A DNA stretch of 64,000 bases from an uncultured Collinsella sp. (GCA_905210085.1 CAJLVJ010000001.1:95689-159688); one strand, 5' to 3'; shown: positions 53,659 through 63,604, numbered from the stretch's first letter. Notes: a model not told the origin generated them from the letters alone. Numbers and translations: made by a program.

Positions 53659-55058
53659 TTAACGGTCGTTTCGTTGCCGATATGAAGTCGCCCCGCACCC
53701 CCGATAACGAGGAGCCGGCTGCCGAGCGCGCCTGCGACTTCCGCCCCGTCGACAAGGGCTTCACCGAGGAGATGGCGCTGGCCGAGGCCGAGCGCTGCCT
53801 CAACTGCAAGAAGCCGTTCTGTGTTGAGGGCTGCCCCGTCAACATCAACATCCCCCGCTTTATCGAGCAGATCCGCGCGAAGGACTTCGGCGGCGCCCTC
53901 GATACCATCCGCGAGGACTCCATGCTTCCCGCTATCTGCGGCCGTGTCTGCCCGCAGGAGAACCAGTGCGAGGGCAAGTGCATCCGTGGTAAGAAGTCCG
54001 AGCCTGTGGCCATCGGCCAGCTCGAGCGCTTCCTGGGTGACCGCCCCGAGCTCGCCTCCACGCCCAAGATGGCCCCCAAGAACGGCAAGAAGGTCGCCGT
54101 CGTCGGCTCCGGCCCGTCCGGCATCACCTGCGCCGGCGAGCTCGCCCGCAACGGCTTTGACGTCACCGTCTTTGAGGCCTTCTTCACCGGCGGCGGCGTG
54201 CTGGTCTACGGCATCCCCGAGTTCCGTCTGCCCAAGGCAGTCGTCAAGCGCGAGATTGACGGCCTGGAGGACATGGGCGTCAAGTTTGAGTACAACTCCG
54301 TCGTGGGCAACATGGCCACGGCCGAGGAGCTGTTCGAGCAGGGCTTCGACGCCATCTACGTGGCGACCGGCGCTGGCCTGCCCAAGTTCCTCAACGTCCC
54401 CGGCGAGAATCTGCCCAACGTCTTCTTCGCGAACGAGTACCTCACCCGCGTGAACCTGATGAAGGCCAACAAGTTCCCCGAGTACGACACCCCCACCAAG
54501 CACGGCAAGAACGTCGTCGTCTTTGGTGGCGGCAACGTGGCTATGGACGCCGTCCGTACCGCCAAGCGCCTGGGCGCCGAGCACGCCATCATCGCCTACC
54601 GTCGTACCGAGGACGAGATGCCCTGCCGTCGTGCCGAGCTGCACCACGCCAAGGCCGAGGGCGTCGAGGTTCTGCCGCTCGTTTCCCCGCTCGAGTTTGT
54701 CGCTGGCGAGGACGGCTCCGTGTGCGCCGTCAAGGTCCAGAAGATGGAGCTCGGCGAGCCCGATGAGTCCGGCCGTCGTCGCCCGGTGCCCATCGAGGGC
54801 GCCATCGAGGAGATTCCCTGCGACGTCGCAATCTCGGCTATCGGTACCAACGCCAACCCCTTCGCAAAGAAGATCGGCGGCAAGATGGAGCTCAACAAGT
54901 GGGGCTACATCGTCGCCGACGAGGAGACCGGCCAGACCACCGATCCCCGCATCTGGGCCGGCGGCGACATCGTCACCGGTGCCGCTACGGTCATTCTGGC
55001 GATGGGCGCCGGCAAGAAGGCCGCCGCTTCCATCACCAAGAGCCTGCTGGGCGAGTAA
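53649..55058 (+). CDS. nfnB: GltD-like NADPH-dependent oxidoreductase subunit (NfnB-type)
   Basis: N-terminal 2x[4Fe-4S] Cys clusters (CLNCKKPFCVEGCP, CGRVCPQENQCEGKC) are followed by the VAVVGSGPSGITCA and VVVFGGGNVAMD dinucleotide folds. Confidence 0.8.
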   Translation: MPLVNGRFVADMKSPRTPDNEEPAAERACDFRPVDKGFTEEMALAEAERCLNCKKPFCVEGCPVNINIPRFIEQIRAKDFGGALDTIREDSMLPAICGRVCPQENQCEGKCIRGKKSEPVAIGQLERFLGDRPELASTPKMAPKNGKKVAVVGSGPSGITCAGELARNGFDVTVFEAFFTGGGVLVYGIPEFRLPKAVVKREIDGLEDMGVKFEYNSVVGNMATAEELFEQGFDAIYVATGAGLPKFLNVPGENLPNVFFANEYLTRVNLMKANKFPEYDTPTKHGKNVVVFGGGNVAMDAVRTAKRLGAEHAIIAYRRTEDEMPCRRAELHHAKAEGVEVLPLVSPLEFVAGEDGSVCAVKVQKMELGEPDESGRRRPVPIEGAIEEIPCDVAISAIGTNANPFAKKIGGKMELNKWGYIVADEETGQTTDPRIWAGGDIVTGAATVILAMGAGKKAAASITKSLLGE

Positions 55059-55086
55059 TCACCTACAGCGTTAGCCATCAAACGGC

Positions 55087-55125
55087 AAAGTCCCCGTCGA
55101 GCACACGCCCGGCGGGGACTTTTTC
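55087..55125 (+). terminator. Intrinsic terminator after nfnB
   Basis: AAAGTCCCCG...CGGGGACTTTTT is usable in both directions. Confidence 0.7.
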
Positions 55126-55184
55126 TATGCCGATCGCCCTACCACCGCAAAGGTGCCTGTCCCCCTTGCGGTGGTTTTGGTCGG

Positions 55185-55808
55185 CTAGCCTTCGAGCTGC
55201 GCCACCTTGTAGCGGTAGGCTGCGGCGATGACGTCCTTGCAGCCTTCGCGGCCCAACTTGGCGCGGTTGACGACGATATCCTTACCGCTCGTCATCTTCC
55301 ACTTTCCGGCGCTATAGCGCTTATAGAACGCCTCGCGCGCCTTCTGCTGCTGCTTGACCAGCTTGGCGCCCTTCTTTTTGTTAAGGCCGCGCTTCTTGCG
55401 CACGATCTCGACGCGGTCCTCAAAGGGAGCGGTCACTAGCACGGCAATGTGGTTGGGGTTGTTGCGCAGCAGATAATCGGACAGGCGGCCTTCGATAATG
55501 CAGCTCTCGGTCTCGCCCAGGTCCAAAATCACCTGGCTCATCTTTTGGAATAATTTGTCCGAGTACGAACGGGCATCGTAACGGTCGGGCAGAAACGCCA
55601 TGTTCTCCACAGCCAGACGCTCGTCGTAGGCGGCCATCTTGTCGAGCGACTCGCCCGCGTGCAGCGACGCACGCACCAGCAGCTCGTTATCGTACAGCGG
55701 AATCCCCAACTCGTCGGCAAGCATGCGACCAATCTCGTGGCCCTCGGCGCCAAAGTCGCGCGCGATGGTAATGACCACAGGATTCTTCTTGTTCTCCAGA
55801 TCGCTCAT
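55185..55808 (-). CDS. Cytidylate kinase-like family protein
   Basis: VITIARDFGAEGHEIG is the typical N-terminus of the AAA/cytidylate-kinase-like family. The start is at MSDLENKK. Confidence 0.65.
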   Translation of the reverse strand: MSDLENKKNPVVITIARDFGAEGHEIGRMLADELGIPLYDNELLVRASLHAGESLDKMAAYDERLAVENMAFLPDRYDARSYSDKLFQKMSQVILDLGETESCIIEGRLSDYLLRNNPNHIAVLVTAPFEDRVEIVRKKRGLNKKKGAKLVKQQQKAREAFYKRYSAGKWKMTSGKDIVVNRAKLGREGCKDVIAAAYRYKVAQLEG

Positions 55809-55856
55809 CGCGATTCCTTTCTCTATGTGACAAAGGGGCTGTCCCTTTGTCACATT

Positions 55857-56495
55857 CTACGCTGCCACCATTCGCCTCTGATACGCGCGGACCAGCAGCG
55901 AGATACCAAAGTTGAGCACAAAGTACATCGCAAACACCAGGCCGTAGAGCATAAGCACCTGCGACAGGTCGATCGCGTGGGCCATCACGACGTTTGCCGT
56001 GTACATGAGCTCGGCCACGTTAATGCCCGAAAGATACGAGCTGTCCTTAATGACGGTCGTGCACTGGCTAAACAGCGCCGGAATGATCGTCTTAAACGTC
56101 TGCGGCAGAATGATGTAGCGCATGGTGGCAAAGAAGCCGAAGCCCTGGCTCTGCGCTGCCTCAAACTGGCCGCGCGGAATCGAGTTGAGGCCGCCGCGCA
56201 CAATCTCGGCCATAACAGCGCTGGTAAACAGCGTAAAGGCGATGGTCGAAATCACAATGTCCAAACCCTGCACCGTAAAGTAGATAAACAGAATCCACAG
56301 CAGGTTCGGCGTGCAACGGAACAGCTCGATATAGGCGCTCACCAAAATACGGAACGGGCGGGGCGCATAGCTTTTAACGAGCGCCAGCACCGTACCAAAG
56401 ATGAGCGAGAAAAAGATCGACAGCGCCGAGATCTCGATCGTCTTAACAAAGCCGCCCCAGATGTAGAGCAGGTTGGTCGCGTTGAAGATTTCCAT
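55857..56495 (-). CDS. Amino-acid ABC transporter permease
   Basis: It carries the His/Glu/Gln/Arg-type permease EAA-like loop (EAAQSQGFGFFATMRYIILPQ). Confidence 0.85.
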   Translation of the reverse strand: MEIFNATNLLYIWGGFVKTIEISALSIFFSLIFGTVLALVKSYAPRPFRILVSAYIELFRCTPNLLWILFIYFTVQGLDIVISTIAFTLFTSAVMAEIVRGGLNSIPRGQFEAAQSQGFGFFATMRYIILPQTFKTIIPALFSQCTTVIKDSSYLSGINVAELMYTANVVMAHAIDLSQVLMLYGLVFAMYFVLNFGISLLVRAYQRRMVAA

Positions 56496-56498
56496 GCG

Positions 56499-57245
56499 CT
56501 AGGCCTCCTCTACGTTGTCGAGCCCCAGCTCGGCCAGGCTCACGCCGCGCGGACGCTCCTTGGAGCGGCGCTCGAGCCACTGCACCAGCATGGCGAGCGG
56601 AAAGCAGATGATGAAGTACATAAGGCAGCAGACGATGTATCCCTGCAGGTAACCGTACAGACTCACAAAGTTGTCGGAACGGTACATAAGGTCGCCGCCG
56701 GCCACAAGCGCCAGCACCGACGTGTTCTTGACCAGGTTGAGTGCCTGGTTACACAGCGGCGGCAGAATGATCTTGAATGTCTGGGGCAGCACGATGTACC
56801 AGTACGCCTGCGCACGGGTGAAGCCCTGGCTCTGGGCCGCCTCCATCTGACCGCGCGGAACCGCCTCGATACCAGTGCGGATGACCTCCGAAATGTAGGC
56901 CGCGTGATACAGGCCCACACCCAAGAAGCCCAGCACGAACGGAGCGATGCGCACCGGCTGGTCGGCACCGGTTATGGCCTGCAAAAACTGCGGACCGGCC
57001 ATGTACATAAAGAGCACCTGTACGGGCAACGGGGTGTTCTGGTAAAACTCCACGTACACGCGGCTTATGGCGCGCAGCACGCGCGAACGAGTGGTAGAGA
57101 ACACGCCCAGCAGCGTGCCCAGCACCAGCGACAGCAGCAGACCGGCAACGACCACCTGCAGCGTCACGCCAAAGCCCTCCCAGAAGGGCCCCATGTTTTG
57201 AAATGTCGTCGACCAACGGTCGGCGTCAAATAATCCTTCGAGCAT
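56499..57245 (-). CDS. Amino-acid ABC transporter permease
   Basis: The EAAQSQGFTRAQAYWYIVLPQ loop is present. The start is at MLEGLFD after GGAAGGA. Confidence 0.85.
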   Translation of the reverse strand: MLEGLFDADRWSTTFQNMGPFWEGFGVTLQVVVAGLLLSLVLGTLLGVFSTTRSRVLRAISRVYVEFYQNTPLPVQVLFMYMAGPQFLQAITGADQPVRIAPFVLGFLGVGLYHAAYISEVIRTGIEAVPRGQMEAAQSQGFTRAQAYWYIVLPQTFKIILPPLCNQALNLVKNTSVLALVAGGDLMYRSDNFVSLYGYLQGYIVCCLMYFIICFPLAMLVQWLERRSKERPRGVSLAELGLDNVEEA

Positions 57246-57270
57246 TTGATTCCTTCCTTGGACGATGCGC

Positions 57271-58149
57271 CTATACAAGACCCCAGGTCTTGACCTCTTG
57301 GTCGAGCCAGCCGTCGGCCAGGCGATCGCAAATCACCTGATCGACCACGGCCGAAAGGTCGCAGCCCTTCTTGGTCGCCACGCCGTAGCCCTGCTCGCCA
57401 AACTTGACCTCGGGCTGCAGCAGCTCAACGGTCTCGTTCATGTAACCGGCCAGCGTGGAGCGGTCCATGGCAAAGACGTCGATATTGCCGGCGTCGAGCG
57501 AGCTCTTGATGATGGGGTAGCCGCTAAAGGCCCTAAACTCTGGTTTGCAGCTAAAGCCGTTGTCCTTGATCATCTGCTCGATGAGGCCCTGTGTGGTGGC
57601 ACCCTGGCTCACACCAATGACCTTGCCATCCAGATCTTCAATCGAGGTAAAGCCCGAACGCTTCTTGACCATAAGTCCCACGTAGTCGGTACGGTACGGC
57701 GTCGAGAAATCCCAGCTCTTCTTGCGCTCGTCGGTGATGGTGTAGGTCGCCGCGACCACGTCGAGCTGGCCGTTATCGATCAGCGGGCCGCGCGTCTTGG
57801 GCGTTACGTCGGTAAACTCGACAAGCTCCTGGGCACGGGCATCCTTGTAGCTCACGCCAAAGACGGCAGCGGCGATCTGGTAGCACAAATCGACTTCCAT
57901 GCCCTCAAAGCGGCCCTTGGCGGTGTCGTAATAGCCATAGCCGGGAACGTCTTTCTTAACGCCGGCATTCAGATGGCCACGCGATTTGATGGCCGCAAGC
58001 TTGGACCCCTTGTCGGAGTCCTCGCCGCTGGTGGAGTTGCCGCAACCGGTAAGCGCGGTCCCCGTCAGCGCAAGCATGCCGGCGCCAGCCAGCTGCAAAA
58101 AGTGACGGCGCGACACGGCCGCCCTCGTCATATCCGTCATGTCCATCAC
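57271..58149 (-). CDS. Amino-acid ABC transporter substrate-binding lipoprotein
   Basis: It has a Tat-like RRHFLQLAG signal with the lipobox LTGC, followed by a family-3 SBP body. Confidence 0.85.
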   Translation of the reverse strand: MMDMTDMTRAAVSRRHFLQLAGAGMLALTGTALTGCGNSTSGEDSDKGSKLAAIKSRGHLNAGVKKDVPGYGYYDTAKGRFEGMEVDLCYQIAAAVFGVSYKDARAQELVEFTDVTPKTRGPLIDNGQLDVVAATYTITDERKKSWDFSTPYRTDYVGLMVKKRSGFTSIEDLDGKVIGVSQGATTQGLIEQMIKDNGFSCKPEFRAFSGYPIIKSSLDAGNIDVFAMDRSTLAGYMNETVELLQPEVKFGEQGYGVATKKGCDLSAVVDQVICDRLADGWLDQEVKTWGLV

Positions 58150-58154
58150 CGCGC

Positions 58155-58886
58155 CTAGTGCAGAATCTTGGACAGGAACTCGCGGCAGCGCGGGTTCTCG
58201 GGGTTATCGAAGAAGTGCTCAGGCGTGCCCTCCTCCAGAATGCGGCCGTCCTCCATAAAGATGACGCGGTCGGCCACCTGGCGCGCAAAGCCCATCTCAT
58301 GCGTCACGCAGATCATGGTGATATCCTCCTGCGCGAGCTCAATCATAACGTCCAGAACCTCCTGGACCATCTCGGGGTCGAGCGCCGAGGTCGGTTCGTC
58401 AAACAGGATGATGGGCTGCTTGGTGCACAGGGCACGGGCGATGGCGATGCGCTGCTGCTGACCGCCCGAGAGGTTCTGCGGATACTCGCCGGCCTTATGC
58501 GCCATGCCGACGCGCTTGAGCGCGGCGATGGCGACCTCGGTCGCCTCCTCCTTGCTCTTCTTTTGCAGCTTGATGGGCGCGAGCGTCAGGTTGCCGAGCA
58601 CCGTCATGTTGGGATACAGGTTGAACTGCTGAAACACCATGGAACTATACTTGCGAGCCATCTCCAGGTGATTCTTTTTGGTGAGCGGCGTACCGTCGAT
58701 GACGACCTCGCCCGACGTGGGCTCCTCAAGATAATCGACACAGCGGATGAGCGTCGACTTACCCGAACCGGAGGGCCCGATCATTACGAGCTTCTCGCCG
58801 CGCTTGACGGTGAGGTTGATATCTTTGAGCACATGCAGGTCGCCAAAGTACTTGTTGAGATGCTTGATCTCGATCATGTCTGCCAT
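58155..58886 (-). CDS. Amino-acid ABC transporter ATP-binding protein (GlnQ-like)
   Basis: The motifs are [17 protein letters not shown] and [11 protein letters not shown]. Confidence 0.9.
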   Translation of the reverse strand: MADMIEIKHLNKYFGDLHVLKDINLTVKRGEKLVMIGPSGSGKSTLIRCVDYLEEPTSGEVVIDGTPLTKKNHLEMARKYSSMVFQQFNLYPNMTVLGNLTLAPIKLQKKSKEEATEVAIAALKRVGMAHKAGEYPQNLSGGQQQRIAIARALCTKQPIILFDEPTSALDPEMVQEVLDVMIELAQEDITMICVTHEMGFARQVADRVIFMEDGRILEEGTPEHFFDNPENPRCREFLSKILH

Positions 58887-58992
58887 GAATGTCCCTTCCC
58901 TGCGTTTACACGAGTTGAACTATTGTACGGAAAGAACCGCGTTTCCGCAGCCCACACTACATTCCCGTAAAGAACCCGCAACCTTCCACTCA

Positions 58993-59059
58993 CTCATTGG
59001 GGACAGACTTAAATGAGTGCCTACTCATTGGGCACTCATTTAAGTCTGTCCCCAATGAG
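58993..59059. repeat. Family-1 repeat, locus E: perfect 29-bp-stem palindrome
   Basis: CTCATTGGGGACAGACTTAAATGAGTGCC at 58993-59021 is the exact reverse complement of 59031-59059, with a 9-nt loop. Confidence 0.8.
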
Positions 59060-59133
59060 CGCCCAGCCCAGCAAAAAGGGGCGCGACCATGACGGCCACG
59101 CCCCCTCAACATCAACTATGTACCGCTCGGCCC

Positions 59134-59577
59134 TTACGCAAGCTTTGCGCCGACGATCTTTGCTGCGGCCGGCTTGTCGAAGTTGCCGCCGGTGGCCTTG
59201 CCCAGGGCGCCCATGACCTGGCCCATCTGCTTCTTGGACGTGGCACCCAACTCGGCGATGACCTGCTCGATCAGAGCCTCGAGCTCCTCGCCCGAAACCT
59301 GCGCGGGCAGCAGGCTCTCTAGAATCTTGACCTGCTCGGTCAGGTTGTCGGTACGCTCCTGGTCGGTGCCGGCCTTGATAGACATCTCCAGCGTCTCGCT
59401 CGTCTGCTTAATCAGACGCTTGATCATGCTGTTGACGTCTTCCTCGGTCACATCGCGGCGCTCGTTGACCTCGATATTCTTCACCTCGGCCTTAACCTGG
59501 CGAATGATGGACAGGCGAACCTTGTCCTTGGCCTTCATGGCCGCGATCATTTCTTTCTGCAGCTCTTCGTTGGTCAT
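59134..59577 (-). CDS. GatB/YqeY-domain protein
   Basis: MTNEELQKEMIAAMKAKDKVRLSIIRQVKAEV is the typical YqeY N-terminus. The start at ATG 59577 comes after GAGAGGA. Confidence 0.8.
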   Translation of the reverse strand: MTNEELQKEMIAAMKAKDKVRLSIIRQVKAEVKNIEVNERRDVTEEDVNSMIKRLIKQTSETLEMSIKAGTDQERTDNLTEQVKILESLLPAQVSGEELEALIEQVIAELGATSKKQMGQVMGALGKATGGNFDKPAAAKIVGAKLA

Positions 59578-59631
59578 CTGCAAATCCTCTCTAATAGCGT
59601 GGGCGGCACTCACGCGAGCGCCGCCCCATGA

Positions 59632-60852
59632 TTACTCAGTCGTCGACGAATCGTCGGTCGAACTCTTGGTGACGCCCTTCAGGCTGACGTTGTACGGCAC
59701 GTCCTTGGGCATGGGGTTAACGGTGATGTCGGCATCCTTCTTGTACTGCTCCAGCCACTCGCTGTACGCAGTGCTTGCCGCCTGCGTCTTCACCACGTTG
59801 GAGACGTACTTCTTGATGTCCTTGGGCACCTGCTTAATGTCATCGACCTGATTATCGACATGGAAGTAGTCGGTGCACTTGATGATGTGATAACCATAGG
59901 TCGACTCGACGACGTCGCTCACATCGCCCTTGTTGAGCCCCTCGAGCGCCGCCTGGTAGCTGTCGACGAAGGTAGTGAGCTTGTCCCAGCCAACATCGCC
60001 CTTCTTGTCCTTGGAGCCGGTGTCATCGGAGTACTGCTCCACGGCGTCCTCAAAGCTCAGCTCACCGGAGTTGATCTTGTCCAGGCACTCCTGCGCCTTG
60101 GCCTTGGCGGCAGCCTTGTCCTCGTCGGAAGCGTCGGAATCAACCTTGATCAGGATGTTCGACGAGCGGCGGGCGTCGTTGTAGTTAGACAGGTTCTCGT
60201 TGATGTAATCGACGATCTCGCTGTCCTTGGGCTTGCTGGTGGGTGCCACGGCATCCTTAAGCTTTTGCTGTGCTAGGCTCTCCTTGAGCGAGTCCTTGTA
60301 GGTGTCCTCGGTATAGCCGTAGGTCTTAAGGGTCTTCTTAAAGGTCTTGGCACCACCCGCGCTCTTGCACGCGTCCTTCCATGCCTTCTCGACCTCCTCG
60401 TCCGACACCGTCACGCCGTTCTCCTTCTGTGCCTGCTGAAGCAGAATTTGCTGGGTGTAGGAGTCGATGAGTTGCTTGCGGTACTTCTTGGGCGTGAGGT
60501 CGTTGTCAACCAGATACTGCGCCCAATCCTTGTCCTTGGTGTAGCCGTTGGACGTGCGCATGCTCATGATCTGCTTGGTCACGGTGTCCTCGGTGAGGTT
60601 GGTGCCGTTGATAGTGGCAGCAACACCGCCGGTCAGCTTGTAGCCCGAGGTGTCCTCAGCCTGCGACATAAGGCCGGAGCACGCCATCGCCGAGACGGAA
60701 AGCAGCATCGCCAGCACGCCGATGACCACCAGAACGATCTTGACGGTCTTAGACACGCGGGTCTTGCGCTGCTTCTTGCGAGAGCTGGAGGCGGCGCGGG
60801 CCTGCTGCTCGGGCGTCGGCGCGGCCTCGGAGTTCTTTTTCTTATTTGCCAT
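59632..60852 (-). CDS. PpiC-type peptidyl-prolyl isomerase (PrsA/SurA-like) with an N-terminal membrane anchor
   Basis: A Lys-rich N-terminus and TM helix are followed by a SurA-N-like region and a parvulin domain (SSNILIKV...GYHIIKC). The start is at MANKKKNSE. Confidence 0.8.
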   Translation of the reverse strand: MANKKKNSEAAPTPEQQARAASSSRKKQRKTRVSKTVKIVLVVIGVLAMLLSVSAMACSGLMSQAEDTSGYKLTGGVAATINGTNLTEDTVTKQIMSMRTSNGYTKDKDWAQYLVDNDLTPKKYRKQLIDSYTQQILLQQAQKENGVTVSDEEVEKAWKDACKSAGGAKTFKKTLKTYGYTEDTYKDSLKESLAQQKLKDAVAPTSKPKDSEIVDYINENLSNYNDARRSSNILIKVDSDASDEDKAAAKAKAQECLDKINSGELSFEDAVEQYSDDTGSKDKKGDVGWDKLTTFVDSYQAALEGLNKGDVSDVVESTYGYHIIKCTDYFHVDNQVDDIKQVPKDIKKYVSNVVKTQAASTAYSEWLEQYKKDADITVNPMPKDVPYNVSLKGVTKSSTDDSSTTE

Positions 60853-60920
60853 AGTTGGCCTTTCGCATAACGAATCGAACAAACGCCATTGTGTCACAAC
60901 GCGGCCCCCGCGACACGCTT

Positions 60921-61064
60921 GGTGCATTGGGGACAGGTTAATCTGCACCATTTTGGTGCAAAGGGGACAGCTCTGGCAGCCGGCAGTTAGGGACGTTCCT
61001 TTTCTGCCGGCAGTTAGGGACAGTCCCCAAGTGCCGGCAGAAAAGGAACGTCCCCAAGTGCCGA
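60921..61064. repeat. Family-1 mosaic repeat, locus F
   Basis: GGTGCATTGGGGACAGG... is followed by CCGGCAGTTAGGGACGTTCCTTTTCTGCCGGCAGTTAGGGACAGTCCCC and the inverted CCGGCAGAAAAGGAACGTCCCC. Confidence 0.7.
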
Positions 61065-61076
61065 CTCAGCCCCACC

Positions 61077-61541
61077 TTAGAAGTGACGGCGGATGGCGTC
61101 GACCATGCCTTGGGGCGTGGTCTGGCCAAGCACATCGGCTGCAGCGTCGGCGTCCATAAAGATATTCATGAGCGCCTGAAGCGCCTCGACCTGGCCGCCC
61201 GGCTCGGCAATACCCAGGTTGATGACAATCTGCGCCGGCACGGGGGCACCCATGCCCGCCATAGCATTGAATGTCACGGGCACAGCAGGCTTTACCACCG
61301 CGATATAGGGCTTGGCCACAAATCCCGGATCGGTGTGCGGGATGGCGATGTTTGCCGCCGGCATAACGAGACCCGTGGGATAGGCGTCCTCGCGCGTGCG
61401 GACGGCGTTGAGCCAGCCCTCGGCAATGTAGCCGCGCGGGGCAAGCTCGCCCTCGAGCCGCGCAAATACCTCATCCGGCGTTGCACACTCCCAATCAAAA
61501 AACACCAGCTCAGGCGTAAACAGCGCTTCGTTATCCGCCAT
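61077..61541 (-). CDS. PTS EIIA component (fructose/mannitol-type EIIA-2 domain), stand-alone
   Basis: It is 154 aa and carries the phosphorylation-site context AIPHTDP. Confidence 0.75.
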   Translation of the reverse strand: MADNEALFTPELVFFDWECATPDEVFARLEGELAPRGYIAEGWLNAVRTREDAYPTGLVMPAANIAIPHTDPGFVAKPYIAVVKPAVPVTFNAMAGMGAPVPAQIVINLGIAEPGGQVEALQALMNIFMDADAAADVLGQTTPQGMVDAIRRHF

Positions 61542-61570
61542 GCGCTCACCTCTCTCATCTAGTCACCTGC

Positions 61571-61616
61571 GACGTTCTTGAATGACCAGTCGTTAAAGCC
61601 CGTTCCCGATGACTAC
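61571..61616. repeat. Family-1 repeat terminus, degenerate, locus G
   Basis: GACGTTCTTGAATGACCAGTCGTTAAAGCCCGTTCCCGATGACTAC is the same module as loci B, C and D, with substitutions. Confidence 0.5.
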
Positions 61617-61693
61617 CCAAAACAAAAGGTGGCCACGCGCGCCTTGGCGCCAATGACCACCCTGACTACTCGGCTAAATTGTACTGTGCGCCG

Positions 61694-62395
61694 CTAGCCG
61701 CGAGGCGCATCAATTGCAACCTTGCCGCTCTCCGACACGTGGACGCGGCCGTCGGCGAGCATTTGCACGACCTCGGGATACAGCACGTGCTCAATCGCGT
61801 GGATGTGCTCCTCGAGCGTGTCGATATCCCAGCCCTCCTCAACAGCCAGCGCGCGCTGGGCGATGATGGGACCGTTGTCGTAGATCTCGTTGGCAAAGTG
61901 CACGGTCACGCCGGTCACCTTGACGCCGCGAGCAAACGCATCGTCAATCGCATGGGCACCGGTAAAGCTCGGCAGCAGCGCCGGGTGCAGATTAACCACA
62001 CGATTGGGGAACGCCGCCAGCAGCGGCGTGTGCACCATGCGCATATAGCCGGCCATGACCACATACTCGCAACCGCGCTCGAGCAGCTCGTGCGCGATGA
62101 TCTCGTCAGCGGCGATGGGGTCGGCATAGACATCCTTGGACAGCGTGAGTGTCTGGATGCCCGCACGCTCGGCGCGCTGCAACCCCTTGGCCGAAGGACG
62201 GCTCGACACCACAAGCTCAATCGAAGCGTTGAGCTTGCCGGCGGCGATCAGATCGATCAGCGCCTGCAGGTTGGTACCCGAACCGCTGATGAGCACGCCG
62301 ATCTTGAGCGGCTCGGCCGTATCGGTGCCGGTCGGACGGGTATAGGGCACAAAGTCCAGGCCCTCGGCGGCAGTCATCTGCTCGTTAGCGCTCAT
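61694..62395 (-). CDS. purN: Phosphoribosylglycinamide formyltransferase
   Basis: The motifs are IGVLISGSGTNLQALID and NLHPALLP...GVTVH. Confidence 0.9.
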   Translation of the reverse strand: MSANEQMTAAEGLDFVPYTRPTGTDTAEPLKIGVLISGSGTNLQALIDLIAAGKLNASIELVVSSRPSAKGLQRAERAGIQTLTLSKDVYADPIAADEIIAHELLERGCEYVVMAGYMRMVHTPLLAAFPNRVVNLHPALLPSFTGAHAIDDAFARGVKVTGVTVHFANEIYDNGPIIAQRALAVEEGWDIDTLEEHIHAIEHVLYPEVVQMLADGRVHVSESGKVAIDAPRG

Positions 62396-63488
62396 CGGAG
62401 TACACGACCTTACCGGAACCCTCGACGCACTCGCCCACGCGGAACGGCTTTTCGCCCAGCGCGACCAGAGCCTCGGTCACCGCGGCCTCGTCCTCGGGGG
62501 CGACGATCAGGCACAGGCCAACGCCCATGTTGAAGGTCTTACATGCCTCATTGGGCGCGAGCTCGGCCTGGCGCGACACGTAGGTGATGACGGGCGGAAC
62601 GTCCCAACCCATCTCGGCGCCCTTGCGGGTGACCACGGCATCGACGTCGTCGGCGAGCGCGCGGTTGAGGTTCTCGGTAATACCGCCGCCAGTGATGTGG
62701 GCGATAGCGTGCACGTTGGCGCCGCCGCGCAGCAGCTCCAGAATCGGCTTGACGTAGATGCGCGTGGGGGCCAGCAGGGCGTCTGCCAGCGATGCACCGC
62801 CGAGTTCCTCGAGCGGACGGCTCAGCTCCTCGGCCTTAGCGGCGGCCTCGGGCGTGCCCGGCTTAATGCCGTCGACGCCGATGACCTTGCGCACGAGCGA
62901 GTAGCCGTTGGAGTGCACGCCGGTGGAAGGCAGGCCCAGGATCACATCGCCCGGGCGGACGTTTGCGGGGTCGAGCATCTTGGGACGGTCGACGACGCCC
63001 ACGGTAAAGCCGGCAAGGTCGTAGTCGGCCGGAGCCATGACGCCGGGGTGCTCGGCCATCTCACCGCCCACGAGCGCGCAGCCCGCGAGCTTACAGCCAT
63101 CGGCCACGCCCTTGATGATCTTTGCCATGTGCCCGGCCTCGATGTGACCGATGGCAACGTAGTCCAGGAAGAACAGCGGCTCGGCACCCGAAGCCAAAAT
63201 GTCGTTGACGCACATAGCGACCAGGTCCTGGCCCACCGTCTCGTGACGGTCCATAATCTGGGCGAGCACGAGCTTGGTACCCACGCCGTCAGTACCGCTG
63301 ATCAGGATCGGGTCTTCCATATCCTTGAGCGCGGCGGCCGAGAATAAGCCACCAAAGCCACCGATACCGCCGATGACCTCGGGACGGTTGGTGTCCTTAA
63401 CCATTTGCTTAATAGCGTCGACGGCGCGGCCGCCCTCGGCGGTATCGACGCCGGCGTCCTCATACGTCACATGTTTGCTGTCGCTCAT
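62385..63488 (-). CDS. purM: Phosphoribosylformylglycinamidine cyclo-ligase
   Basis: The AIR synthase motifs are GGFGGLF, DGVGTKL and HSNGYSL. Confidence 0.9.
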   Translation of the reverse strand: MSDSKHVTYEDAGVDTAEGGRAVDAIKQMVKDTNRPEVIGGIGGFGGLFSAAALKDMEDPILISGTDGVGTKLVLAQIMDRHETVGQDLVAMCVNDILASGAEPLFFLDYVAIGHIEAGHMAKIIKGVADGCKLAGCALVGGEMAEHPGVMAPADYDLAGFTVGVVDRPKMLDPANVRPGDVILGLPSTGVHSNGYSLVRKVIGVDGIKPGTPEAAAKAEELSRPLEELGGASLADALLAPTRIYVKPILELLRGGANVHAIAHITGGGITENLNRALADDVDAVVTRKGAEMGWDVPPVITYVSRQAELAPNEACKTFNMGVGLCLIVAPEDEAAVTEALVALGEKPFRVGECVEGSGKVVYSDER

Positions 63489-63604
63489 CTGAGCCTTCCT
63501 CTCCCACTACCGTCCGCCGCCCGGGCGCCAAACGGTGCTCATAGTTGCGTTCATTTCGGCGCGCGCCATAACAACGCGCGACGCTCAATCAACAAAACAG
63601 CAGG

